DNA from: an uncultured archaeon
GTDB taxonomy: Archaea; Thermoproteota; Bathyarchaeia; Bathyarchaeales; Bathycorpusculaceae
Length of the DNA: 64,000 nucleotides
Assembly (NCBI GenBank): GCA_963782915.1
Contig: CAWALK010000020.1
Location: 320,001 to 384,000, forward strand
Reading direction: 5' to 3'
Shown here: positions 53,611 through 64,000 of the stretch, one piece after another
Numbering within the stretch: position 1 is the stretch's first letter
How the letters are laid out: each line of letters begins with the position of its first letter
Notes under the pieces: model-generated
Seen by the model: only the letters and a program-made list of their open reading frames with translations
What the model was told of the DNA's origin: nothing
Databases searched by the model: none
Position numbers and translations under genes: made by a program

Positions 53611-54396
53611 ATGGCAAGCGACGAAAACACCGAACTATTGCTCGGTTTAGGTTTAACCCTTAACCAAGCAAAGATTTACTTGGCGGTTATTAAACTCGAA
53701 AAAACAACAGTGGGTCAAGTCGCAAACTTTTCGAAAGTACGCAGAGAAGACGTATATAGAATTCTGCCATCACTTGAAAAAATGGGCCTGATTGAAAGGT
53801 TGCTTGGTAAACCAACTGAAATCAGGGCAACCCGAATTTCGGATGCTTTAAGCCTCTTGGTTGCCGAAGAAAAAGGCAAATATGACGAGCGACTTGTGGG
53901 TATGAGGGGTATAGTCCAAAAGTTATCCCTTCAAGACTGGAAGCAGCAACTTCCTAAAGAGGAAAGCATCTACATACTGATAGCAGAAAAGAAATCAATT
54001 TTATCTAAAACTTCCGATTTGATCACTAATTCTAAAAAAGAAGTCGCTTTGATTGCAGACAAAGGAAGGCTGATGCCCGTTTTGTTTCAGTTTTCAGATG
54101 AGTACACCCGGGCGATAAAGAACGGTACCGTAATTCGGCTGCTTTTTGAAGGAGAGAACCCAGATGCTTTGCTTAAAGAAAAAGTGGAAAAAATCATCGG
54201 TACTGCTTCAGTTCAAATCAAGTTCCATCGTGAACCACTAAACCACTTTATAATGTCTGACGACAAAGAAGCATTGATTACCACATCCAAAGAAAGCGGA
54301 TTAGGAGAAAGCCCATCATTGTGGACAAACAACAGCAACCTAATTGGTGTGCTAAGAACAAGTTTTGAATCGGACTGGGAAAAAGCGGAAAGCTAA
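53611..54396 (+). CDS. TrmB-family transcriptional regulator
   Basis: LGLTLNQAKIYL, VRREDVYRILPSLEKMGLIE..GKP; C-terminal effector domain ending FESDW. Confidence 0.9.
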   Translation: MASDENTELLLGLGLTLNQAKIYLAVIKLEKTTVGQVANFSKVRREDVYRILPSLEKMGLIERLLGKPTEIRATRISDALSLLVAEEKGKYDERLVGMRGIVQKLSLQDWKQQLPKEESIYILIAEKKSILSKTSDLITNSKKEVALIADKGRLMPVLFQFSDEYTRAIKNGTVIRLLFEGENPDALLKEKVEKIIGTASVQIKFHREPLNHFIMSDDKEALITTSKESGLGESPSLWTNNSNLIGVLRTSFESDWEKAES

Positions 54397-54472
54397 TCCG
54401 AGACTCTACTTTCTCCTATAATTTCAAATTAGCCCTTTTACGTGTAGCTATTAACTGTTAACTCGCCATCCC

Positions 54473-54494
54473 GTTACTGGGGCTCCCCAGTCAC
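54473..54494 (+). promoter_or_regulatory. 22-bp palindromic operator copy 3 (best dyad)
   Basis: GTTACTGGGG-CT-CCCCAGTCAC followed by ACAG and CTTATT. Confidence 0.8.
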
Positions 54495-54569
54495 ACAGTT
54501 ACTTATTGTAAGAACAACTATGGTATACTAAGATAAGATTTGAAATTGTTTTTGAAGAGATGAAAATTT

Positions 54570-55579
54570 ATGGCAGATATATTTGATATTGCTGTTGAAG
54601 CCGGGGGCTTCACAAAATTTGGCGCTGCAGTACAAGCGGCAGGATTAGTTGAAACATTGAAACGCAAAGGACCGTTTACCATTTTTACGCCAAATGATGA
54701 AGCCTTTGCAAAGCTTCCTGCAGGTACAGTCGATGGATTATTGAAGAATATTCCAAAACTTAGGGCGATTTTGATGTACCATATTGTTATAGGAAAGTTC
54801 ACGGTTGACGAAATAGGTCAACTGAAGAGCATGAAAACTTTCCAAGGCCAAGAAGTAAAGATTGACGCCGCCCATTGGTGACAATTCTCACTGGAACCCA
54901 TTAATCAATGAGAGAACACATCGTAAACACAGACGTTGTAACAGACAACGGAATTATACACGTTTTGAACGGCGTACTTATGCCAAATATGGAGCTTACT
55001 TGTCCTGTATGTGGAATGGGCTTCATGACAATGGATGAAATGAGTGCTCATACAAAGAAGGGCCACGTAACTGATAAAGTTCCGGAACCAATGCCACCAG
55101 TTGAAGTGCAAAAACTTGAACCATTGCCACCGACTGAAGTAATAACACAACCCATGCCTGAAGCCACAACAGGAGTTTTTGAGATCATATGCGATTCTGT
55201 TGGTACCTTCCGTTTCCATCTAAAAGCTGCTAACGGACAGATAATTGCTGTAAGCCAATCCTATGGAACAAAAGAGTCAGCTCTAAAAGGCATTGCTTCA
55301 ATAAAGAAAAACGCTCCAATAGCTGAGACTGCTGATTTAACACCTGGCGTGACTATACCAGAATCCACGCATAAACCTGGGATTGTCCAAGACACTGTTT
55401 TCGAAATTCAATTCAACGCTCCAGACAGATTCCGTTTCCATCTAAAAGCTGCTAACGGACAAATAATTGCTGTAAGCCAATCTTACCTATCCAAACAGTC
55501 AGCTGAAAATGGCATAGCATCAGTGAAGGCGAATGCTCCAATGGCAAAGATCATCGATCAAACCGTTGCAGTAACCTAA
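54570..55579 (+). CDS. Fasciclin - C2H2 zinc finger - 2x YegP (DUF1508) protein (disrupted near 54880-54910)
   Basis: GPFTIFTPNDEAF and DNGIIHVLNGVLMP (FAS1); CPVC..H...H; two FRFHLKAANGQIIAVSQSY repeats. Confidence 0.8.
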
Positions 55580-55631
55580 ACCCAACTTTCCTTTTTTTTA
55601 ATTTAGTCAGAACTGAGTCACTCAACAGAAT

Positions 55632-55653
55632 GTCGGTGTGGGCTCCCAGTCAC
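55632..55653 (+). promoter_or_regulatory. 22-bp palindromic operator copy 4
   Basis: GTCGGTGTGGGCTCCCAGTCAC followed by ACGC and TTTAAC. Confidence 0.75.
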
Positions 55654-55731
55654 ACGCGTTTAACTTAGCCAATGACCGCTTATATGGTAGCCTAAAATTA
55701 TGTGTTTTAAATTAGACAGGATAGATAGATA

Positions 55732-56023
55732 ATGAGAACTAAAGAATTTATTAGATAGAAGCGTTTTTGCCCTAGACGAGAAAATCGGAACAGTAAAAGG
55801 CATTGAAGTAGATCCAGAAGAATGGAAAATAACCCATCTTGAACTCGAATTGAATAAAGAAATAGCTGAATCGGTTCTTGGAGTAAAGAAAGGTGGAGTG
55901 CGAAACATGTTGGCCGTTTCATCCCTAGAGAAAGGAGTCGCCCGCTGGACCGACAATGGGTTGCACTTGAAAGTGTCAAAAGATCAACTCCACATGTACC
56001 TGAGACCAGTAGTTAAGACTTAG
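55732..56023 (+). CDS. PRC-barrel domain protein (frameshift near 55748; not in ORF track)
   Basis: LLDRSVFALDEKIGTVKGIEVDPEEWKITHLEL. Confidence 0.8.
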
Positions 56024-56037
56024 CTGAGGCGATTGCC

Positions 56038-56196
56038 ATGAATACTTGGTTGACTATCGCCCTCATTGTTGTGATACTCTGGTTAGTTGGCTTCTTTGCA
56101 TTACCAGGCGTAGGTGCACTGATACATATTCTGCTCGTGATCGCTGTAATCTTGGTAGTGGTTTGGTTGTTGACCGGCAAAAAGCTGTGGAAATAA
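56038..56196 (+). CDS. lmo0937/DUF5670-family small membrane protein (not in ORF track)
   Basis: ILWLVGFFALPGVGALIHILLVIAVI. Confidence 0.85.
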   Translation: MNTWLTIALIVVILWLVGFFALPGVGALIHILLVIAVILVVVWLLTGKKLWK

Positions 56197-56379
56197 CCCA
56201 TTCCTTTTTTTGTTTAAAAATATCTGAGAAATAAAAAAAATCATATAACGTACACCGTTAAGAACAAAATGGAAGGCTATAAGTTGCGAGAGAACGTTAA
56301 GTTTAAAGGAAACGCAAGACTAACTTTACTGAAAAACAACACTCGTTTTATAGATCTCAGACTTTAGCGGGTCTCAAGC

Positions 56380-57441
56380 ATGAAACAGGTTTCTAATAAC
56401 TCTCATTTAGAAAAAAATTCCCCCCATCTCTCGGACAACCTGCGGATGGGCTTTAGGATTTACAATGGGTTAGTCTCAAATTTGTTGGGCGTTAGGGTTC
56501 CTTTTTTCTGCGGATTGCTAGGTGTTAGGGTTCCTTTTTTCTGCGGCCATAAACTGACCTATAATTGTAATCTGCGTTGTAAAATGTGCCCCTTTTGGAA
56601 ACGCCATAGCCCCGACTCGAGTTTAGACCAAGAAAAAGCAATCCTGAAGCAAATTTACAATTCGGGCGCTTGCGGAGTAGCCTTTGAAGGTGGCGAACCA
56701 CTCCTCAGACAGGATCTGGTGGAGATTCTTGCTTATTCCCGCTCTTTGCCCTTGCATACGAGCTTGATCACTAACGGAACACTACTTGAATCACGAATAG
56801 ACGAGATAGCTCCCTACATTAACGGCGTCGTCTACGTTTCGTTGGATGGGCTGGAAAAAACCCATGATGCCATAAGAGGCGTAGCTGGAAGCTTCAGAAA
56901 AGCCGTAGCTGGCATAAATGCGGCCAAAGAAAAAGTTCCTGTAACCATCAACACTACCATAATGGCTGAAAACGTTGATGAGATCGAAAGCTTGGTGGAG
57001 CTAGCCAAAGAGTTGGGGACAAAAATATCGGTCGCTGTCGCCCACGAATACTGCAACGCCAACTCATCTTCACCTGCCAATGGGAGAATACCGAAAATAG
57101 CGCGTCGGCTTATTGAAATGAAGCGGGCAGGTTATCCCTTTGCCAACTCCATGGGTTATCTTAAGGTGATGGCTAAAGAGAAAAATTGGCAATGCAAACC
57201 CTGGACGATGATAAACATTGACCCAAACGGAAAAGTGGTTTTGCCTTGCTATGTCCACAACGATTACACAAGTAGCCTCTCCATTTTTGAGAATGGCATT
57301 AAGGGCGCAGTTTCAGGGTTTGATTGGACAAAAATAGAAAACTGTCAAAAATGCAGTTTGCACTGTTATGTTGAGCCATCGTTGGTGCTTTCAAGAGATA
57401 TTAGCGCGTACATGCATTGGGCGTTTCATGTCAGCATCTAA
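56380..57441 (+). CDS. Radical SAM protein with C-terminal Cys (SPASM/Twitch-like) domain
   Basis: CNLRCKMC, GGEPLLR, TNGTLL, SLDG, CKPW..PC..CQKCSLHC. Confidence 0.9.
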   Translation: MKQVSNNSHLEKNSPHLSDNLRMGFRIYNGLVSNLLGVRVPFFCGLLGVRVPFFCGHKLTYNCNLRCKMCPFWKRHSPDSSLDQEKAILKQIYNSGACGVAFEGGEPLLRQDLVEILAYSRSLPLHTSLITNGTLLESRIDEIAPYINGVVYVSLDGLEKTHDAIRGVAGSFRKAVAGINAAKEKVPVTINTTIMAENVDEIESLVELAKELGTKISVAVAHEYCNANSSSPANGRIPKIARRLIEMKRAGYPFANSMGYLKVMAKEKNWQCKPWTMINIDPNGKVVLPCYVHNDYTSSLSIFENGIKGAVSGFDWTKIENCQKCSLHCYVEPSLVLSRDISAYMHWAFHVSI

Positions 57442-57516
57442 AATTCTAAAAGTTCCCCTGATGATGCTACCTTACGGTTACGTCACCTATCTCAGCCTTC
57501 GCCCTTTCAGCAAAAA

Positions 57517-57612
57517 TTAGTCTGTTTTTATGGGTCCCTGCGGAATAGGCTGTTTTCCTGGTTTTGGCTGAGGCGGAGGTGGTGGAGGAACTTGACTCTT
57601 AATTTTGCTCAT
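57517..57612 (-). CDS. Possible 31-aa proline-rich peptide
   Basis: MSKIKSQVPPPPPPQPKPGKQPIPQGPIKTD with GGTTGG upstream. Confidence 0.4.
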   Translation of the reverse strand: MSKIKSQVPPPPPPQPKPGKQPIPQGPIKTD

Positions 57613-57699
57613 TTTAACCAACCAACCTGCACATGTTCTGTGTGCACAATAACTGGAATGTATGGACAAATCAAGTTAGCGATGAAAAGTAAACACGTT

Positions 57700-57825
57700 T
57701 TTATTTGATCAAACAGTGAAAATATGGAAGGTCGAGAGAGGAAGGTTAACTTAAAAGCAAGCGGAAATTCAGGAAGAGAGAGGGGGAAACACTTTGCCTG
57801 CTTTTAAGCTAACCTTTTACCTAAT
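57700..57825 (-). ncRNA. Candidate sRNA or leader: 21-bp hairpin with CU-rich loop (ends approximate)
   Basis: Stem 57742-57816; both mismatches become G-U pairs only on the minus strand; TATA-like box and operator upstream. Confidence 0.55.
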
Positions 57826-57858
57826 CTTATTATTGGCTCTTGAACCATAAATAACAAT

Positions 57859-57880
57859 GTGACTGCACCAATACAACAAC
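57859..57880 (-). promoter_or_regulatory. 22-bp operator copy 5 (degenerate)
   Basis: Minus strand GTTGTTGTATTGGTGCAGTCAC followed by ATTG and TTATTTAT. Confidence 0.55.
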
Positions 57881-58251
57881 AATTAGTCGGATATCAGCGC
57901 AAAAAGTGGTGTTAGGCGGATTCAGCCGCGTGCTATATGCTGAGCGGACACAAAAATGTTGGACCCATGCCCACTCGACATTAGCAGCCGGACCCGCCCA
58001 ACCTGTCGGGCACCATACACGCTTTTCCACACAAGACACTCTATTTCCGAAATAGCATAAAAGATGATGTGGGTTCATTGGTGTAGTAACAAAGCGATAA
58101 ATCAGCGATGACTTTTGCCAATTGGTGTCCACTCAATCATGAGATTACCTGACAATGAATTTTGGCCAACACTTTGATAAAAAAAGAAAAAGGTAGAATG
58201 GTAAAAAATGTTGGGTTATGATTACCAAGGGTTTTCAATTTTTCGAGTGCT

Positions 58252-58422
58252 TTAAGCTTTTGTAGATTTAGAGACGTCACTTTTCGCTGTCGCTTTTACC
58301 TGTTTCATCGGTTTCTCACAGCACGTAATTTGGCATCCTTCACCGCATTCACATGGATTCTCAACCAGAATTACTAACCCGCAGTCTTCGCATTCGTATT
58401 GTTCACCTTTCTTTTTAACCAA
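58252..58422 (-). CDS. 56-aa desulforedoxin-like Cys-rich protein (not in ORF track)
   Basis: KKGEQYECEDCGLVILVENPCECGEGCQITCCEKPM; AGGTGA upstream. Confidence 0.8.
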   Translation of the reverse strand: MVKKKGEQYECEDCGLVILVENPCECGEGCQITCCEKPMKQVKATAKSDVSKSTKA

Positions 58423-58725
58423 AAAATCACCTTCTAAAAAGCAGCTAATTACTATTTATTTTCAAAAAATATAAGAATTTCTAAAGGCGCTGCCAAAAGA
58501 AGCACTTCCCGCCCCATAGGCGGCTTGAGTGATTCTTGTCTTTCAATTTCATTTTAGGACGAAATCCAGACTTTGTTTTTTTAGCGGAAATGACGTAGCG
58601 CTATCTTGTTTTAACAATAAATCCTCAACTGATACTCGCATAAGCAACAAATTAGCGCCAAAAAAATTGCATAACAAACGCTTTTATGCCGCGTTCTACA
58701 TAGTGCTATATTGGTCGTATTTCTT

Positions 58726-58995
58726 ATGGAGCGCAATCAAGCAATTAGCTACGTTAACGAAATTAAAGATGCCTGCGAAACGTTATCTCAGGGGGATATG
58801 CAGTTGATTGAAATAAAAACCAATGTTCAATTCGCCGTCGGCTATACCATTCTAATCAAATCTTTTCTAACCAGTGTCTGCAAACGCCAAGTAATCAGCA
58901 TTGCCCAGAAGTACAGTTTAGCGCTGAAAGAGAAGACTGAGGGGTTAATGATTTTTCAGCCACGGTACCTCAAAAAAAGCGTTAGCTCAAGATAG
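58726..58995 (+). CDS. Hypothetical protein
   Basis: ORF beginning MERNQAISYVNEI. Confidence 0.6.
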   Translation: MERNQAISYVNEIKDACETLSQGDMQLIEIKTNVQFAVGYTILIKSFLTSVCKRQVISIAQKYSLALKEKTEGLMIFQPRYLKKSVSSR

Positions 58996-59130
58996 GTAAC
59001 AAGGTTGATTCTTCGTTAAACCAAAAGATGGTATCGAGCATTTCTTAGTTTGTTGCCAAGGTACAATCACATATTCTTATGAGTTAACTTGAGACCATCT
59101 TTTTGTGCGCTCTGTTTGGAGGTGAATGTT

Positions 59131-59286
59131 TTGTCAAAACGTATACGCTCAGACCGACCTGCCATGGAGCCGAAGATGACTTCTGATGGCAAATTTGTCT
59201 GTGAAGCCGACAACCGCACTTTCGACAGCAGAGACGATTTTGATAGGCACTGTTCGCAGGCTCATATGAGCAGCAAAAGCTGGTAG
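59131..59286 (+). CDS. Small C2H2-like zinc-finger protein (CxxD variant)
   Basis: FVCEADNRTFDSRDDFDRHCSQAH; GGAGGTGA upstream. Confidence 0.7.
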   Translation: MSKRIRSDRPAMEPKMTSDGKFVCEADNRTFDSRDDFDRHCSQAHMSSKSW

Positions 59287-59352
59287 TCACATAAAACAAA
59301 CGATTTTATCGGACCCCTTTTTTAGGTTTATTTTTTAGAAAGCGGTGATTTT

Positions 59353-59508
59353 ATGGCGGAAAAATTCTTGTGCCCTCACTGTATAGACAACTTTTACACT
59401 GCAGAAGGTTTACTAGTTCACATCAAACTTTTGCATCCTGAATTCATGGCGTGCCTCCGAAATGTTTCCTTGGGGGCGGCATGTTACTCCCACCAACACT
59501 TAGACTAA
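59353..59508 (+). CDS. 51-aa C2H2 zinc-finger protein (not in ORF track)
   Basis: FLCPHCIDNFYTAEGLLVHIKLLH; GGTGA upstream. Confidence 0.7.
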   Translation: MAEKFLCPHCIDNFYTAEGLLVHIKLLHPEFMACLRNVSLGAACYSHQHLD

Positions 59509-59652
59509 CCCTCATTTGTTTGTCCGAAAATAATCCTTGGAATAACCGTTAAAATTTTTTTGGCTATGGCAAACTGCGGTTTGTTGCGCAACCAGTCTGC
59601 AACCTAAACCAAACGCCAAACCCAAAACGCCACGTTCTTCACAAGCCTATTG

Positions 59653-59689
59653 GTTGTTGTTGTGTATAGTGGTTTTTAGCAACAACAAC
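59653..59689. repeat. Intergenic motif A, perfect 10-bp inverted repeat
   Basis: GTTGTTGTTG-N17-CAACAACAAC. Confidence 0.85.
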
Positions 59690-60443
59690 TATAGAAAAAA
59701 TAGAACAAGCGCACAATTTGTGATCAAACGCATAAGGGCAGGGCGGTGTTCGTGAGCATGAGGTATAGTTCTACGTTTAGCGTTTTTGGCGGGCGCACCT
59801 TTCATGCATCATGATTGCGGGGGAGGCGTTATTTTGGGGAAAGCGGGTGGTTTTTTATGGTTTCGCTCGCGCACTTTTTCATCTATTTTTCTTTATTCTG
59901 CGGGGGCGGCTATGGTTTCGAGTAATTTTTTGGTTTGAATCGGGTTTTTGGCTGAAAAAAACCCAAAAGTCCATGGGTTTTGGCCTGTTTGGGTGAAAAG
60001 TGCTAAATTTCAAAATGGATAGCGAAATGTTAAAAACCAAACAGTACATAGTATTATACGGCTGGATTAGACTCACGAAACGCCTTCACGGGTGTTAGTC
60101 GAGGATTTTAAGGGGTGAAAAGAAACCTTTATATGAATAAGTGCCACCTCTATGTAAATTCAGCTACAAATTGCTAACCCCGCAATAATCACATGGCGGC
60201 GGCTCAACTCGTACCGAAACGGCGATACGCCTTACAGGGATGATGAAGTTGGCCTCCAATTGCGGGGACATATATGTAGGACCTGACTAATTGCTCAGTT
60301 AGGTCTGAATTGGGCTTTGACGTATAGAGTGGAATGTTTTCCCTCCAAATCCAGTTAAGTAATAGAATGCGAGGAAATTAGTGTACAATTCGTACCACAC
60401 AAAAAACAAATTAAGATCCGCAGAAATCAAAACGGAGTGCATA

Positions 60444-61932
<1,489 letters not shown>

Positions 61933-62240
61933 AAGTAAATAAGCATTTGAATGCTTGACTGGAGGAGCAAGGAGAACATAGAAACTCAGGTATACGTCAA
62001 AGCCCAAAATCAGCAACTTGTAGTTGAAGAAATCGGCGGGTTACAAAACAATAATTTCCCTTCTTCAATAGTAAATCAATTTTAATCAATTTTTTGTTGT
62101 TTTATTGTTAACTCTGTTTAGAGTGTTTTTGGTTTTTTATGCGTTGTTCTTGGCCTAATGGTTTTGTATAGTAAATTTAAATAAAATTCAATTAAAATAC
62201 AAGCGGATGCCAGCGTTTTCTCTAAACTGCACGCCTAATA

Positions 62241-62636
62241 TTATGGTTCACGCATCTCCGGACCTTCCGGGCCGCACAATTTATCCTCCACGATGGTTAA
62301 GAGTTCGCGCGGCTGGACCGGTTTGGTGAGGTAAGCGTCTGCGCCTTCATCAAGCGCCAAAACTCCGGTTTCAAGAGAAGGAAACCCCGTGATTATAATT
62401 TTTGAAGTATGCGCCAGTTGCCCGCGTGCTTTAGCGAGTAAATCGGTGCCATTCATGTCCGGCAACCGCAGATCCAAAAGCAACAGGTCATAGTGGCGTT
62501 TATTGGCTTTTGCAATCGCTTCTTTTCCGGTCTCAGCGGTTTCGATTTCGTATCCGCATTTGGTAAGTATGCGGCTGAACGTTCGCAGTATTGATTTGTC
62601 GTCGTCTACAACAAGGATTGATTTTTTCATTAGCAA
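62241..62636 (-). CDS. Stand-alone response regulator receiver
   Basis: ILVVDDD, LLDLRLPDMNG, IITG, YLTKP. Confidence 0.93.
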   Translation of the reverse strand: MLMKKSILVVDDDKSILRTFSRILTKCGYEIETAETGKEAIAKANKRHYDLLLLDLRLPDMNGTDLLAKARGQLAHTSKIIITGFPSLETGVLALDEGADAYLTKPVQPRELLTIVEDKLCGPEGPEMREP

Positions 62637-62891
62637 CTATCCACTTGACAGCTACACCAGCGCTTGAAACGCGAAGGTCTGTCATCACAAATAGCATTCA
62701 AATTCTCCTAAAAACCTGTGTTGTAGCTGCTAGTATGTAACTAACTTCTAGATTCCGCAGCTTCTTTGCAGAACTGGGCCCTCTGTTTGTAGGCGCCAAA
62801 AAGCTAAAAGGCAGCCTGAATTGTCTGCGATAAGGTTTAAACCCTTAAATTATGCCCTTACAGTAAGAACTGAGTTATTCAGGTTTTAACA

Positions 62892-63239
62892 GTGAGCACG
62901 CAAATAGTCGATAGCGTTATAGAAAAGACTTACAAACTTGTTGTAAGAGCAGTTAATTTTCAAAAAGATAAACCGATCAAAAATGTTAACGTCAAAGTCT
63001 TCAAGTTAGAAAAGGAACCGATAACTGTCGAGCAATGGGCTGAGAACATTAAAAACAATGGGGCTCCATTCAAAAGGTTGATGCTCTCAAAGAATACCGA
63101 TGATAACGGCAACCTAACTGTTGAGCTTGGCGAGGGCGTTTACGAAATTCATGCCGAAAATTTAGGTCTGAATGTTTGCGATTTAAAGCAAGATGAAGAA
63201 ATTTTGTTTGTTGAACCCAAGAAGCATTGGTGGCAATAA
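62892..63239 (+). CDS. Hypothetical beta-sandwich protein
   Basis: KPIKNVNVKV..TDDNG..LGEGVYEI pattern. Confidence 0.6.
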   Translation: MSTQIVDSVIEKTYKLVVRAVNFQKDKPIKNVNVKVFKLEKEPITVEQWAENIKNNGAPFKRLMLSKNTDDNGNLTVELGEGVYEIHAENLGLNVCDLKQDEEILFVEPKKHWWQ

Positions 63240-63311
63240 ACCTTCAACAGCGGATAATCCCGCCTAACTCCTTTGCATATTAAGAAAAAAAGAGTCAATA
63301 TCTACAGGCGA

Positions 63312-63783
63312 GGTTGCTTGTGCGTAGACCCCCTCCCTTATTTATAGTCTGAGCGTCTGTTGGATTGCAGCTTTGGGGGTTGAACATTCATTGGAAAAGA
63401 TAGGTTGATGTTTTAGGCTTGTGGGGTTCTGTGTTGTATTTGTCTGCAACTGTTTTGGTTCGGGCGTTTTTATCTGTTTGGTTATGCTTGTGTATACAGA
63501 AACCACGCGCTTCGGTATCTTCCAAGCCACAAAATTGTAGGCTGAGAACCCTGAGGCAGAAATAAAGGAAAACAAGGGGAAATGAAACCCTCATTTTGGC
63601 GCTATGTAAATTTACCCCAGAGCCTACTCAGCCCACAAAACCCAATAAACCAGCATAGGCTATTTGAGGGTGTGTTGGTGGCGCAAGAGACAACTGACTG
63701 AAAAATTCTCCACGTGGGACAGCGAAAGTCTACTTAGTAAAGCGCTTGTTGCTCTGCTATACCTACCCCCCTCTATATAAAGC
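63312..63783 (-). repeat. Two motif B copies (63312-63350, 63746-63783)
   Basis: Reverse complements TATAAATAAGGGAGGGGGTCTACGCACAAGCAACC and TTTATATAGAGGGGGGTAGGTATAGCAGAGCAACAA. Confidence 0.75.
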
Positions 63784-63788
63784 GTCAA

Positions 63789-64000
63789 TTAGATGCTGCT
63801 GTAGTAATCCCCTTTGATGGATTTGGGGTCAATAAAGTAAACAAACGGGGAGCCGCCATAAACAGTCGTCGCATTCACAGTAACCACTCTTCCCTCATGC
63901 ACCAAATAGGGCTTCGTGGCTGCCAACTGAGGCTGATGGCTCCTGATAATTCTCCCCACCCCCAGCGCCTTGCATACAGCCTCCGAAACGTCAGCGCCGA
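63789..64000 (-). CDS. C-terminal end of a PPP-family Ser/Thr phosphatase / metallophosphoesterase (partial)
   Basis: GADVSEAVCKALGVGRIIRSHQ..GRVVTVNATTVYGG resembles the PPP IIRxHE and TVxS..Y motifs. Confidence 0.65.
   Translation of the reverse strand, partial: GADVSEAVCKALGVGRIIRSHQPQLAATKPYLVHEGRVVTVNATTVYGGSPFVYFIDPKSIKGDYYSSI

Noticed and set aside
54870-54915. TGA readthrough (selenocysteine) in the fasciclin gene
   Set aside because: The downstream part is in a different frame, so indel errors explain the break.
56380-57612. Radical SAM plus Pro-rich peptide as a RiPP system
   Set aside because: The genes are convergent, and no RRE domain, peptidase or transporter is adjacent; support is insufficient.

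Overview
Archaeal chromosomal window, most likely Bathyarchaeia (inferred from the archaeal 16S rRNA and gene content). Single-base indels break many genes, including essential ones (prs, cysS, atpC/E/B), which fits uncorrected long-read errors. Housekeeping content: prs, lipoate ligase, cysS, tRNA methylthiotransferase, a tRNA sulfurtransferase, deoxyhypusine synthase, a complete A/V-type ATP synthase cluster with the subunit I gene inverted, tRNA-Arg(TCT), tRNA-Gln(CTG) and a stand-alone 16S rRNA. Most notable signals: (1) an AT-rich island next to tRNA-Arg where four ~22-bp direct repeats delimit single small membrane-protein genes, like an integron cassette array; (2) a family of modular intergenic repeats (9 copies of a TATA+G-run motif, 5 of a 10-bp inverted repeat, one ~250-bp element present twice); (3) a 22-bp palindromic operator in front of general-stress-type genes around a TrmB-family regulator, with one copy in front of a candidate hairpin sRNA carrying an anti-Shine-Dalgarno-like loop; (4) lysine 2,3-aminomutase coupled to an EctA-type rather than AblB-type acetyltransferase. 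All calls are by eye; no searches were run.
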